A stretch of 64,000 bases of DNA from Barthelona sp. PCE (lineage: Eukaryota): the NCBI GenBank assembly GCA_040285745.1, contig JAUFOR010000002.1, positions 620,001 through 684,000 on the forward strand. Reading direction: 5' to 3'. This document shows, piece after piece, positions 10,601 through 21,600 of the stretch. Both the position numbers and the translations under genes were made by a program. Each line of letters begins with the position of its first letter. Positions within the stretch are counted from its first letter, which is position 1. The notes below the pieces were generated by a model. That model saw nothing but the letters and a program-made list of their open reading frames with translations. It did not search any database and was not told the DNA's origin.

Positions 10601-12051
10601 TCACCGATTATAACGGGTTTTCACTTGAGATTGATGATTTCTTGCAGAATTCAAAACTTGGCTTTGTAGCAGATTTCAAATTACTGTTATACGTACTCCG
10701 TGTGTTATTGAATAACGCTGTCTCTTACACATCAAGTGGAGTAATTGATTTGGGAATCTCATTCATATCAGATCAGAACGAGGAATCCCTGGAAGGTTAT
10801 GGTGTACTAGAGTTTGTTGTTAAAGACTCTGGAGTGGGTATGTCGAATGATGAACTCCGTTCTCTCGCAACCTTCACAGAATCCCACGATATCTCATCGA
10901 ACACAGGTTCTTCGGGTGTGTCTGTCTTTTTGGCACACCATATTGTTTCAATGTTGAAGGGTACAATCGCCGCATCGTCAACGCAGGAGGATGGATCAAA
11001 GTTCACAGTACAAATCCCTGTGGAGGTTATCCGTAACACAGAGGCGCATCAGATGGGAGCTGGACGGCTCATGGAAGGACTGGCCCGAAGCAATGAAGTA
11101 TTCTTTATTCACGTTATTCATCCAACGGAGCGTGTTCGAAAAACCATTGAGACCATTTGTCATGAAGCAGGTCACTGCACATCGTGTTTTTCGTCCATTA
11201 AGGAAACTATTGACATGCTCATGGGCAGCTCATTCCCTTTTAATGTTCCAGAGACTCTCAAATCTGATGAGGGATTGGACATCAGGAATTTACGACACAT
11301 ACTCTTGTTCCACATTCGTAATGTTGATGAAGATAAATTTTCGATGCAGAGAATAACAAGATACCAGCCTCATGACAATCAGATCCCTATTAATGGCATC
11401 ATTCTACTGAAGAACGAGACTCAATCTGATGAAATAGCAAATCCCGTGAGGAACACATTGCCCACAGTGATCTTTTCGGTTCCTTTCTCTCCTTCAAAAA
11501 TAAGGCTTCTTCCAACGGTCTACGAGAAGGCTGAGGAGTATGTGAGATCAAGTCACCTTAATATTAATTTGGTTCTAGAGGCGCAACAGAAGTGCAGAGC
11601 AATTTTTGCTGACGATCAAACAATTCCTTTACATATTCGTAAGTATGAGTCCATGGGTATTGAGTGTCATGTAGTTCAAGACGGTCAACAGCTACTGGAA
11701 GAAATCACAAAACGACCGCCTGGATTCTTCAATATCGCTATTGTGGATCTGTACATGCCTGTTCTTACGGGAATCGGTGCGATCAAGAAGATCAGAGAGT
11801 GGGAGCAGGAGAACAACTTAGAAAGTTTGGCTATCATCTGTCTTACATCAAGCCAGAAACCTGTTGAGTACTTTAAGGATGTTGGTTTTACTTCCAAGCT
11901 TACTAAACCTGCTCCTATCAGTGTGATCGTTGAAAATATCGAGGAATATACGGGTTTTGAGATCATAACAAGAAGACACGAGCCAATCAAGGAAGATGAA
12001 GAAGTCACAATGGAAGCAGTTGAAGAGCCAGAGATGTCGCTTTCGCTTTAG
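7612..12051 (+). CDS. Multi-PAS hybrid histidine kinase (PAS repeats, HisKA, HATPase_c, degenerate receiver, receiver)
   Basis: PAS starts (IGSRGEIISANQ, ISANGIVLDVS, VDHLGRTYYCNR, VRNNGRIHECNASFCLLLGF, IDGSGSIVYCNENA). H-box-like VLHQFTQPL, N-box LLNNAVSYT, G1 VKDSGVGM, G2-like GSSGVSVFLAHHIV, GSKFTVQIP. REC domain AIVDLYMPVLTG...LTKP. Start taken at ATG 7612; 7567 is an alternative. Confidence 0.88.
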   Translation: MREALFALLNEVVFFISSETNQIVYHSPNVQSSFPKADLNNLASQFQPTIQQIMPQIESQLLTQGYTQLQQSPVITFRGNFAQSACEFRIVRDQEGYVLVLEKLHFDKHFSRLPLHQENKLISSTFYSPLVANLIIGSRGEIISANQVGLSLLGDCTEANLSQFNLTNLHDCIKDESDVSLHFDWIRSSGGSVVYQTDGLGISMVVSAFESEHEPTCYFFQILPKTTEHALILRSEILRHIVQSLGLNLLVISANGIVLDVSTEASLAMGMARRDVINKPIIDLMIDADGCQKADFRTALNEAEKELLGIRYNTGQPPNTQANGIFTETRTGPQYTNMAFINGVQIRNVRVFPLVVKEMCVYVLVYPPTTQSKAPGIQQHNTSTKRTLALHKYPEETMDFQIDQDIGFFDGFPCVVVLHNTDGVLLKMHASEEMGLPSINILGDYIDNGFNVDPMEVRNITEVDVSLTALSRKTKERGWTRFEELKDELEQNGKSTFQCVLKTINGLVSFEAWSRLIFEGDHPLISTFYVSRESVSDAFSLSTVLGSALDAITEPMFVVDHLGRTYYCNRNGLSMISVLSLDQIVNKPFNDLLSFYGSSCDFSTFQQFADAVRVNNTIKLSVTYSHKQYDAFSTMTHVHDREYFVIMIGAEKYTGDVQFYRYSMHASSASFVWVRNNGRIHECNASFCLLLGFTRPDLLDQDFMSIFENITSVQFSDLWSLRSSFIEVKVVRPDGKALILRIVPTQITCKTRELCLFHVTDVTHYDYLRGQMLMMENTLTHVSDAVLFIDGSGSIVYCNENAKKMTGYMDNSLMDGFPYVRLLHSSDNPIDVDRQWSQRVHMLEAQDGFLHSDVIIHKLDTTTVQVKTMSSFISVGNQKYVVEILRYPHDVVATGMIDSVITEQPSVSLKYLNGVLHQFTQPLQDLVNFVRPETIDVNGNEQQLFLKKICQRFNTAVEHLHLFYKVKNEAIVLNPTEFTIEQLRHSIFTALENEMNFTDYNGFSLEIDDFLQNSKLGFVADFKLLLYVLRVLLNNAVSYTSSGVIDLGISFISDQNEESLEGYGVLEFVVKDSGVGMSNDELRSLATFTESHDISSNTGSSGVSVFLAHHIVSMLKGTIAASSTQEDGSKFTVQIPVEVIRNTEAHQMGAGRLMEGLARSNEVFFIHVIHPTERVRKTIETICHEAGHCTSCFSSIKETIDMLMGSSFPFNVPETLKSDEGLDIRNLRHILLFHIRNVDEDKFSMQRITRYQPHDNQIPINGIILLKNETQSDEIANPVRNTLPTVIFSVPFSPSKIRLLPTVYEKAEEYVRSSHLNINLVLEAQQKCRAIFADDQTIPLHIRKYESMGIECHVVQDGQQLLEEITKRPPGFFNIAIVDLYMPVLTGIGAIKKIREWEQENNLESLAIICLTSSQKPVEYFKDVGFTSKLTKPAPISVIVENIEEYTGFEIITRRHEPIKEDEEVTMEAVEEPEMSLSL

Positions 12052-12052
12052 T

Positions 12053-13567
12053 TTATTCACACAGTAAAGACTTACATTCACCAATAAGTATGCGCAACAT
12101 GATTGGATCATCAACATTTTCCTCCATATCTATCAGAAGTTCAGTGATCAGTGCATTGCGTGCGCGTTGTGTTGAATACGCTTCATTACGGATCTCTGCT
12201 TCGAGATCTAGAGCAGCTTCAAGGAATCGTTCTGTTGCCTCAGTTGCCCTTTCGTTTCCAATATTATTGGGGATGACAGGCTGTCTGGTAGGGAGGGTAG
12301 GAAACTCCCTCGGCTCCCTGGGTTGTTCAACGCGTTGCTGGACTTCAGCATCGGGTTGGGCTTCAACCACAGGCTCTACAGATTCAGGTACACGCTCGAA
12401 AAGCATAGTTTCAAGGTTGAAACGCAGTCTAACTCTTGGTTCGTTTCTAATATTTTGCAACACTGTCTCTATATTTTCCGGAGCAGCAGTCTCAGGCTCA
12501 GGTTCGTTCTGTTCCAATACGTTTGCACGACACATGGGACATGTTTGTTGAACCGAGAACCATGATTGTAAGCAATCGCGGTGGAAAACGTGTGAACAGC
12601 TGAGTTGAGCTCCATTCTCTGTATCATCGATTGCTGTTTGACATATACAGCACTGTTCTCCTACACTTTCTTGCCCTATGGGACGCATTATCTCTCTTCT
12701 CTTCTTGAGTGTTTTGATGTAAGAATTAAGACGTTTGGTAGATGTGATAAGGGCTTTAGCCATCTGGACGGTCTTGATAAACCAAAACGTGCTAAAATCA
12801 AAGACTCTACCTATCTTGAACATCGGCCGAACAATAAAACCTGATATGTGTCCTACAAATCCGGCCAGTGATGCCGCGACCTCAAGAACGAGTGAAATTA
12901 CCGGCTTATGCTCAAATGCGCCTCCGTAAACATATTTATCAATAAGGTTAACATCATAACGTAACATTATAATTATTAAACCTGTTTGTTTAACCAAAAC
13001 ATCGATTGCGAAAATAAAAAGCAAAGGCTGGCCATGTTTCATGACTTGGAACAAAGAACTGAATTCTGGACCCTTGAGGAATGTAGAAAAAAGTGTGTAG
13101 ACCAAGAACATTAGCACAATTGAGGCGTGGAAGCGGACATGCTGGGCCTTTGAATCTTCTCTTGAGTCGAAAACTTCAATTCTAACCTTAAAAAGATTGT
13201 ATAAGTATAATAAGTACAACCAAACTATGCAGAGGAATCCAATTCTCATATTTAAGTTCCTGTATACGTACGAGAACTCCATCATGAGCTCCGGTACCAT
13301 GGAAAGCATACGTTCTGCAATCATCTCAGATTCAACTGAAAGTAACTTTCCTAACAATATCCCCTTAAAAACAACCATGAAAATGACTGCATACGTGATC
13401 AGTATGTTGATAGAAATGACCTTACCCCAACTAGAAGTCGAGAAGAGCATTATCATGTTGAAAAAATCTGTTGAAACCTTGCTATATTTGTAAACAAGCG
13501 CTCCAAATGCGACCGTGGATATGATGCCCCATGCTGCCAGTGTTGGGAATCGTTTATTCCTGGCCAT
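12053..13567 (-). CDS. Multi-pass membrane RING-H2 E3 ubiquitin ligase (Hrd1/gp78-like, ERAD)
   Basis: Several N-terminal hydrophobic segments including GKLLSVESEMIAER (Hrd1-like). RING-H2 motif CCICQ...LSCSHVFHRDCLQSWFSVQQTCPMCR. Confidence 0.85.
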   Translation of the reverse strand: MARNKRFPTLAAWGIISTVAFGALVYKYSKVSTDFFNMIMLFSTSSWGKVISINILITYAVIFMVVFKGILLGKLLSVESEMIAERMLSMVPELMMEFSYVYRNLNMRIGFLCIVWLYLLYLYNLFKVRIEVFDSREDSKAQHVRFHASIVLMFLVYTLFSTFLKGPEFSSLFQVMKHGQPLLFIFAIDVLVKQTGLIIIMLRYDVNLIDKYVYGGAFEHKPVISLVLEVAASLAGFVGHISGFIVRPMFKIGRVFDFSTFWFIKTVQMAKALITSTKRLNSYIKTLKKRREIMRPIGQESVGEQCCICQTAIDDTENGAQLSCSHVFHRDCLQSWFSVQQTCPMCRANVLEQNEPEPETAAPENIETVLQNIRNEPRVRLRFNLETMLFERVPESVEPVVEAQPDAEVQQRVEQPREPREFPTLPTRQPVIPNNIGNERATEATERFLEAALDLEAEIRNEAYSTQRARNALITELLIDMEENVDDPIMLRILIGECKSLLCE

Positions 13568-13742
13568 TTTGTGTGAAATGGGAATTCTTTGTTTTAGCGA
13601 ATTTTTTATTGTGGTGATGATGACAACTTCATCAAAAGAATATATGGGGCGACATCATCCAAGAAATTTTAGTGCAGTGGCAAGCGGAATTTGTATTCGA
13701 ATTTTTCACTTCATTTTATATTTAAGTGGGCATATATAAGCA

Positions 13743-15074
13743 ATGCGAGAAATTGAACGTCAGTTTGACTTATCAGAAGAAGAAAAAGTGCTATTTGAGG
13801 CATTGATCCAGACAAAGACTCATTTCGAACTGGAAACAGTAATACGTGTAGCAGGCGGATGGGTTAGGGATAAGCTTCTCAATCGGGTTAACAAATACGA
13901 TGTAGACCTTGCTTTGAGTGATATTTCCGGACAGGAGTTTGCTAACAAATTTGTTGAGTATTTATCAGAATTTCATCCAAATGAACGTCAGAAATTCAAT
14001 GTTATCAAAGCAAACCCAGATCAATCCAAGCACTTGGAGACTGCTACAGGAATTTTTTTTGGAATCGATGTAGATTTTGTTTGTCTACGTAATGAAGAGT
14101 ACACCAGCAACTCAAGAATACCAGTAACCACACCTGGTACAGCTAGTTCAGATGCTTTACGAAGAGATCTTACGATTAATTCACTTTTTTATAACATTGA
14201 ATCTGATACAGTGGAAGATTACTCTGAGATGGGCCTTCAGGATCTTGAGATAGGCATCGTGCGCACCCCCCTTGACCCAGTCGTGACGTTTAACGATGAT
14301 CCGTTGAGGATTTTAAGGAGTATTCGATTTGCTTGTAGACTCGATTTCGACATAGACCCTTGTTTACTAGATGCTGCAAAACAGGATGAGATCAGAGACG
14401 GTTTCATGAACAAGATATCAAAAGAACGAGTCTTTAAAGAAATTTCAGAAGCATTCATCACTAACGCAATTGTGCTGCTTGAGGTTTTGGTTGAAATTAA
14501 TTATTTACCCATTGTTTTTGGAGTGGAAATCGACGGAAAGGGCTTCTATCGATTGTATAATAACCTGAAGGTGATTTCTAGTGATGGTGACATTACCAAG
14601 CAGGAGAAGGATAGTATTTTAATGACTTATCTATCTTTTATCTATCTGGGGTTCGACGGGGATATTAAGAAGTACCTACCTGTTCCGAAAACATATATTA
14701 AGATGATTAAAAAAGTGAATGATATCAACTCCTCAGTTTGGAGTCATCATTCTATGCGTCAGACGATTGGGCAGATCTTGCACATTGCAGGGGAGTTCGG
14801 GTACTACGCTATTGCAGTGCTTAATGCGGTAAAAGATATGGAGATGTCAATGACAGAATGCCTTGCTTTTGTTGAAGAAGAGGATCTGGAGTATTGCATG
14901 ACTTTGAAGCCTAAAGTCAATGGTAACGAGTTGATAAATCGTTTTAACCGTCGTAGAGGACGTTGGATGAAGGAATGTTTAGATTTGTCTATTATGTGGC
15001 AAATTGATGATCCAAACGTTGAAAAAGAAGAGCTCTTTGTTAGATTTGATGAGTACCTGAGCAAACAACAGTAA
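13743..15074 (+). CDS. CCA1: tRNA nucleotidyltransferase (class II CCA-adding enzyme)
   Basis: RVAGGWVRDKLL, DVDLAL, NPDQSKHLETA, DALRRDLTINSLFYN, DDPLRILRSIRFA. Confidence 0.93.
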   Translation: MREIERQFDLSEEEKVLFEALIQTKTHFELETVIRVAGGWVRDKLLNRVNKYDVDLALSDISGQEFANKFVEYLSEFHPNERQKFNVIKANPDQSKHLETATGIFFGIDVDFVCLRNEEYTSNSRIPVTTPGTASSDALRRDLTINSLFYNIESDTVEDYSEMGLQDLEIGIVRTPLDPVVTFNDDPLRILRSIRFACRLDFDIDPCLLDAAKQDEIRDGFMNKISKERVFKEISEAFITNAIVLLEVLVEINYLPIVFGVEIDGKGFYRLYNNLKVISSDGDITKQEKDSILMTYLSFIYLGFDGDIKKYLPVPKTYIKMIKKVNDINSSVWSHHSMRQTIGQILHIAGEFGYYAIAVLNAVKDMEMSMTECLAFVEEEDLEYCMTLKPKVNGNELINRFNRRRGRWMKECLDLSIMWQIDDPNVEKEELFVRFDEYLSKQQ

Positions 15075-15115
15075 AGTATTGCGTTATTTTTTATCTTAGT
15101 TTTCTAACTTCATAT

Positions 15116-15658
15116 ATGTTTGGACTCGAACAGACTGACCAAAAGGAGTTTGGCGGAGGGGTTACCCTTGAAAAATACAGCAATGACAATTCTTGCTGGA
15201 TATTGGTTCACAAACCCATTGTTGTGAACTGGCGGGGCTATTTCTTTCAACTAGTCGTAATGCTGCTACTCAGTATTGCCTTGCCACGTAACATATTATC
15301 CTACATTGCGTCTGTGATGATTATTGCGCTTCATTTTCTTATTTTCAAGCATAAGTACTTAAGATCCACGTACGAGGCTATTGAATTCATCAGCGACTAC
15401 CGTTTACAGGTGTGGAACTTTAAGACAAAGCAGAACATAGACAGTAGGTCAGGAAGCATTGTTGGATCAATAGATATTGAGAAGAATCCCATCTCTGTGC
15501 AAGTTACCGAGTGCCTCATCATGTTTGACTATCATTATATTATGCAATTTATCTCTAACAATAGAATTCTATCTGTTTTTACTGAAACAAAGCCTCCTAA
15601 AGAGTGTGTGATGTATGCCACCGAGTTGATACAAGAAGAGCTCGATGCTAGATTATAG
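15116..15658 (+). CDS. Probable GPI-GlcNAc transferase subunit H (PIG-H/Gpi15-like)
   Basis: Two adjacent TM segments. The C-terminal VQVTECLIMFDYHY...ILSVFTETKPPKECVMYATELIQEEL resembles the PIG-H C-terminal signature as recalled. Size of about 180 aa fits. Confidence 0.55.
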   Translation: MFGLEQTDQKEFGGGVTLEKYSNDNSCWILVHKPIVVNWRGYFFQLVVMLLLSIALPRNILSYIASVMIIALHFLIFKHKYLRSTYEAIEFISDYRLQVWNFKTKQNIDSRSGSIVGSIDIEKNPISVQVTECLIMFDYHYIMQFISNNRILSVFTETKPPKECVMYATELIQEELDARL

Positions 15659-18600
15659 AACATACTTTCTGTCGAACTGACGCATAACGCGACGACGAAT
15701 GCTACCTTTCTCCACGTGGTTCGTTTCTAACTGGAATTCAAGCATAACACTCTTCGTAAAGCATCGGACGAGGCGGTTCTGATGGATTGAAATGTAATTA
15801 ATCCAATGATCCCCCATTAACTGAGTGCCCAAGTTAAATATAAACAATTCTTGCAGTTTTTCAGTGGAGTACACAGCAATGCGGCCTGTTTTCGTACCCG
15901 TTACAATGATATCATAGTCTTCCACGTTTGTGTCGAAGTCATGCACCATTGCAAAAGAGTAAATGTGGGTACTGATGGTTTTGATGTGGCGAAGGTTGAG
16001 GGATAACAACGTTAGCGATGATTGCTCGCCGAGCTTCGTAACAACGACGATATCACCATTTCGTTGACACACATCAATACATGTTACAGTGAAATCCACC
16101 AACTGTGCTGTTGTAAATGATAAGAAACGATGTAACTGAGACAGCTGAGTTTGTTTAACCAGCTTAAACGTATTGAAATCGATTGTTGACAATAAACCAT
16201 CAGCGCAAACAACAATAAGCAAGTCCCAGTCGGTAACGTGCTTAACCCCCACGATTTCGCTGTCAAAGTACATTGACTGCAATAAGATGGTCTCCAATGT
16301 TTTGGTGTTGAAGTTATACTTATGCAGCATCATTTTAGTCATTGCTATAATGTATTCGCTGATGTAAAGTACTTTCTCTAAGTTGGCCCTGACCACCTTC
16401 AGCAGAGTTCTATCAGTAACAACGTTTGCTTTAGTATCGCAGTTAACGAGCCATAATAATCCTTGTTCAACAACAAGGTGAGAAAATGCGTTTTCATCAT
16501 GCGAAATAATTTGATGCGTTTTGTTTGAGTATCTGTAAACACTCTTCAAAAATCGGATATTGCACTTGTAATACTGTGGATAAAGTAAAGCATTTAGACT
16601 GTTCTCTTTGCTAAAATGTTTGGGAACCACTGATTGACGCCTCACAGGTTTATCAAAGATTTTTTTAGGCACTGTGCCATAGTTATTGCTTTCGTGATGC
16701 ATTATTTCGCGGATGCCCTCATCTTTTGCAACATCATCAATGTCAAAGTCGTCGTAGCATATTGGATGGTAAATGTTAATGTTCTTCTTGGCATTTTGCC
16801 CTCTGGAATTAACGCCAAAGATGAGGTCAAGCCACGGGCTCAAGTCAAGACAGTTGAGCAGCTGTGCATGTCGAGACACAAACAATCTGGAGTTGTTTTC
16901 ACTCCAAAGCGGTAGTTCCACATCAAATGAATAATTACTGTTTTTAACGTCAAAAATGACACTGTTAAAGTTCATGAGCACTTCTGGGTTGTAGAAAAGC
17001 AGCGGGTCTGCTTCAAACATCCCGTGCTTTGCTGCCGTCGTCAGTCGCCGTACTGAATTCAGTTGTCTGCTTGGGGCGTCCAATTTCCCGCCTTGGAACA
17101 TGATCTGATCATCAATGAATGGGAGCATTCTGCCGTAGTAATGAAGAAGGAGAGAAGAAGGACAGTAGCAGTTAGAGAAGTAATAGCTGTCAAACTCTGA
17201 GGGAACTTGATAGTTGATCATCTCTCCTCTAATATCCCAGTTCCACTCCCATACATTGGGCTCGTGTGTGATCGCGCCCATCACCTTTGTCATCTCTCTC
17301 AGTTCATTGGTATCGATAGCATTTGATAAAACCACAGGGAAGACAAAACCACGCCCACGATCCATAAAACTTCGTTCTGAACGTCTGTTGTAAACCATAA
17401 GGCTGTTGAAATTACTCTTCTCCTCGGTCTGGACTGGCTTCTTTCGTATCATAAATATGCTCAGTTTGCTAATTGTGGTAAAAGCTTCCCGACCAGCATC
17501 ATAAAAACTCAACAGTAATGAATATCCACTGGTAAAAAATACCTCAAAAGCAGTGTTCCGCGACTGATAGCGTCGTGGTTCCACAGTCTTCACATCATCT
17601 TTGGTGAACAACGAGCAGTGGCCGAGTGTAGAAAGGCTAAGATCATTCGGAATGAACATAAACTCCTCATCATTGGCAAATAGTGTACCACAAATAGAAC
17701 GGTGCCTCATGATGACTGTTGCCTTGATGACCTCATGTTCAAAGCGAAGAGAAATTTTCTTCAAATTCAGAGCTATATCCGGTAACTCTTTTGTATGCTT
17801 TATGTCTATGGGGTCCGTCATCAACTCTGGCTGGCGTAAAAATGGTGTTACAGCTGGCGACAGTGTCGCAAAAAACCGCTGAAAAGTGCCACTATGTTTT
17901 GATAGCGGTAACAACTCCCATTGTGGTGTAGGGTAGAATCTATTTGCATCGTTATAAACCAAAAAAGAGTTCTTGACCGATGAAAAGAGACTAGAGAGGC
18001 CACGCATTTGATGCACAGTGCGTAACACCGTTGGATCACAAATAGGGCTTGCATTCATAATTTGTGCCAAACATAAATCCAGAATCCTTTGTTGTTTAGC
18101 GTTCCAAACTTTCTGATACGACTCTGTTCCCTCTGTGAGGTACAGGGCGTTTGTTTCACTGAGGAGTACTTCGTGTTCAAAGACATCCAGCCAGTCCTTT
18201 GCAATACTGCGAAAATCACAGAATAGCTCATCTGTAAGGAATATGGACTTGATGTCAGGCTCTTCAGTTGAGTGCATGTGGCTTCTCGCCAATTCAGAGT
18301 CATCAGGAAAATCGTTTGGTACACGGAAATTCAGATGCGAACCAAGATTGAAATGAAGTATACTGCTTGGGATCATTACTTTTTTTAGTCCTTGATTTCT
18401 TTTTTTAACTCGTTGTAAGGGTCTTATTCTAGTTTTAGCAGTTGGAAATGCAAATTTCTTCTTAAAATTACGTAATATCAATTTTGCAACATCTTTAGAA
18501 GTTGACCTTGCTAATGATTTTTTAAATTTGCTCTCGTTGAATAGTTGAATTACCAACGTCCAAATTGATGAAATGTTCTGATAACAATATGTATGTATCT

Positions 18601-21600
18601 TCTCATCACGATCAGTATCTTTAATACTCTCGAATAATGGTTTAATGATTAAATCAAAAAAATCTATAGGAATATTCTTGGAAAATACTAACTTGTATTT
18701 CTTTGCTAAAAAAAACGTTTGTTTCAGCGTAATATCCTCACGTGCTCCCAAATCATCCATGAATTCCATTAACTCATAACTCTCAAAAATTCCTTTATCA
18801 AACAAAATGTCTACATGACTGAAAAAAATGTCAATAATCTGCTGTGTCTTCAGCTTTCGATTCTCTAATTTATCCCTACCGAGCTTGGTGAGGGTATAGT
18901 AACTCTTTGCCAGAATACACTCCATAAAATAGAGGAAAGCCTTGAGGAACTCTGTTAATTCACTTATCATTTTGAAAAAAACCGAAGCTTTGCTAAAAAG
19001 ACGTTTGATCAGCTTGCGAACAGATAGTTTTATGTTGAAATTGTTCTCTAAATCAAAGAAATCTTGTTGTTGAACAATATACAAGTTTAGAAAAATTATC
19101 TTCTTCAGTATTGTCAGAATACTGAGCAGTTGATTGTTTTTAGTGAGCTCATTGCTCCAACTTTGACTGGGGTCTATATCTGTATTGTTATTGGGAAATA
19201 CTTTCGGTTTCCTAAATGGATATATGTGCGTCTTTGCAACTTCGTTGGCAATGTTATGTTTGAGTAGGTCAATCACGTTATGTTGGATTAGGTGGATCAA
19301 CGCATCACAGAAATCACAATAATTATAAGGAGCATTTGCAACATTATGATATAAAAAGTCATAAAAGCCCAATTCAACTTTCGTTGCATCATTTGGTGTA
19401 TTAATCTGCTCAAATAGTGTCCTGGTCACTAAAGCCAATAATGTATGAACGTTTTTAATGGATAACAAGAACGATTTCCGCTCTGGTCGCAATACTGAGT
19501 GAATAATAATATCAAACAGTTTTCTCACGATAGAATTCGTAAAGGTACGCGTGAAGGTGCACACAGTCGTTGTCAGATGGAAATAATCAAAGAAATGATC
19601 GAGCCATTCATCAATTGAATCAAATGTGGTGATTGCAAGATCTACAATGCTACATAGCATTTCAAAGTGGAAGCAGAGAGTGCTGTCGATGCTAAGAATC
19701 TGCATTAATCGAGAATTTTCAGAATTTGAATCTGATAATTGATACAGTTCAAAAATGATGTCATATGCTCTCATAACAGAGAAGATCAAGTTCTTGATGC
19801 ATTTGAGCTTGAAGATAGAGAAGTTCTGCTTACTTAATGATATCAAAGGTGTATTATTATCCATTATAGAAAAATGCTCAAATTTTAGAAGAATGCATGA
19901 TCGAATAATTAAGGATAGATAACAGTCGAGGTAGTACTCAAACTTACACTGATCATTAATAGAAATCCGAAGATAGACCATTTGTGTTGAAAAAAGATTA
20001 TAATACAAATCTAAAATATCAAAATCAAGCTTAATTGCCTTATCCTCATTTTCACTCTTATTCTCTACCTGTTGTGGCTTGTAGCCTGAAACCTTCCCTA
20101 ATCCACCAAGAATCTCGTTCAATTCTTTTGCAAAAATAGGAAAATCTTCGCTCTTATTTTCAAGACAGTTAATACAAAACATGTTTATGAAATCTTTGGT
20201 TATAAACACGTTTTTCGTTATTTTGTCCAAAAGACTAATATAATCACCAAGAGTAAATGCAGCAATGAACTCTGGTTTAAGAAAGAGAGCTATCTTTGCA
20301 TATTCTCCCTGTACGTACATGTTTTCACGAAGACAATTGATGAAAATATGATTGTACAATAATGATATTTGTTCTTCATTCAAGAATTTTCTTTTTTCTG
20401 ATAAAATTGATCGCAAATTATTTAAAAAAACATAGCGGAAAAAATGAAATCCAAACCTACTACTCTGACGAATGGTATACTTTGATAAAATCGACGAAGT
20501 AAAGAGATTTTCATTCTCAAGGATTTCAATCATGAAACATTCATCAGGGTGTTCTATTTCCAAAACAACAGTCATATCAGTGAGAAATTGGAGAATTCTT
20601 GTTAAATTCTTGAGCGTCTTGGGGAAGAAACGGCGTACAAAGAATATTAGACTTTTGGCTACATGTGGATGAACATGGGTCACAGTACCACTGGTAAACC
20701 CTTGTAAGATGGGCAAAATAACGTCTTCGTTTCTTAACTTTGTTGAAACTGTGCTGCTAAGTAAAGTAAAAATGGTTAAACTGTTGAAAAATCCAATACG
20801 GTGTGTAAAGATAGTGCTTGAGTAATCCAAATCGTCTAGGAGTGTTGTGCAGCTGAGCAAATAAGAGGAAGAGAAAAAAGTGTTCATAAGCTCAATGTTG
20901 ATAGATGAACTGTGAGTGGAAAGCCTTAGTAACTCTTTTTTCACATTACATTCCATATCACAAAGTCTTTCTAGCGTTTCAAGAGTGTAGTTTATACCCA
21001 AGATCGACAAGAAACACTGAAGATGATCTAATGTAAGGTCAAAAACACCTTTTCTGTCAGCAGTAATTGGGAATAACATTTCAGACATTATGTGACGATT
21101 ATTATCACGCAATAAATGATCCTTCACTTCAGGCAAGCGGAACAATAGCTCTAAACATCTATATGATGTGATATCATTGGAGTTAACATACAATAAATGT
21201 AATACTGTTGACAAATTACTGATTATGAATGATACATCAAAGAAACCTAGCATATCAACGACGTGTGCGTCCTTGTTGTCCAAGCAATGCACTGTGTCAT
21301 CTTTCTTACCCTGAAACATGGAATTGACAGAATTAACCAGCAATGATTGGTTCTTAATGAAGAAGAGTAATGTGAAACTTCGAGGGATATTAAGAAAGTT
21401 GCTGAGGTACATGTCGTTCATATCACTTAGCTTTAGACAGTAATCAAGTGAGAAATCAGGACTAATCAAAAGATTTTTCAATAACCACCTTTTTTCTACA
21501 TTATCATTTGTATGCTCTGGTAATACAGGATATATATTCGGATTAATTGTGATCTCAGTGCTGTTGTTGATGCTGTGATGCGTTGCTATATGTGGATCGT

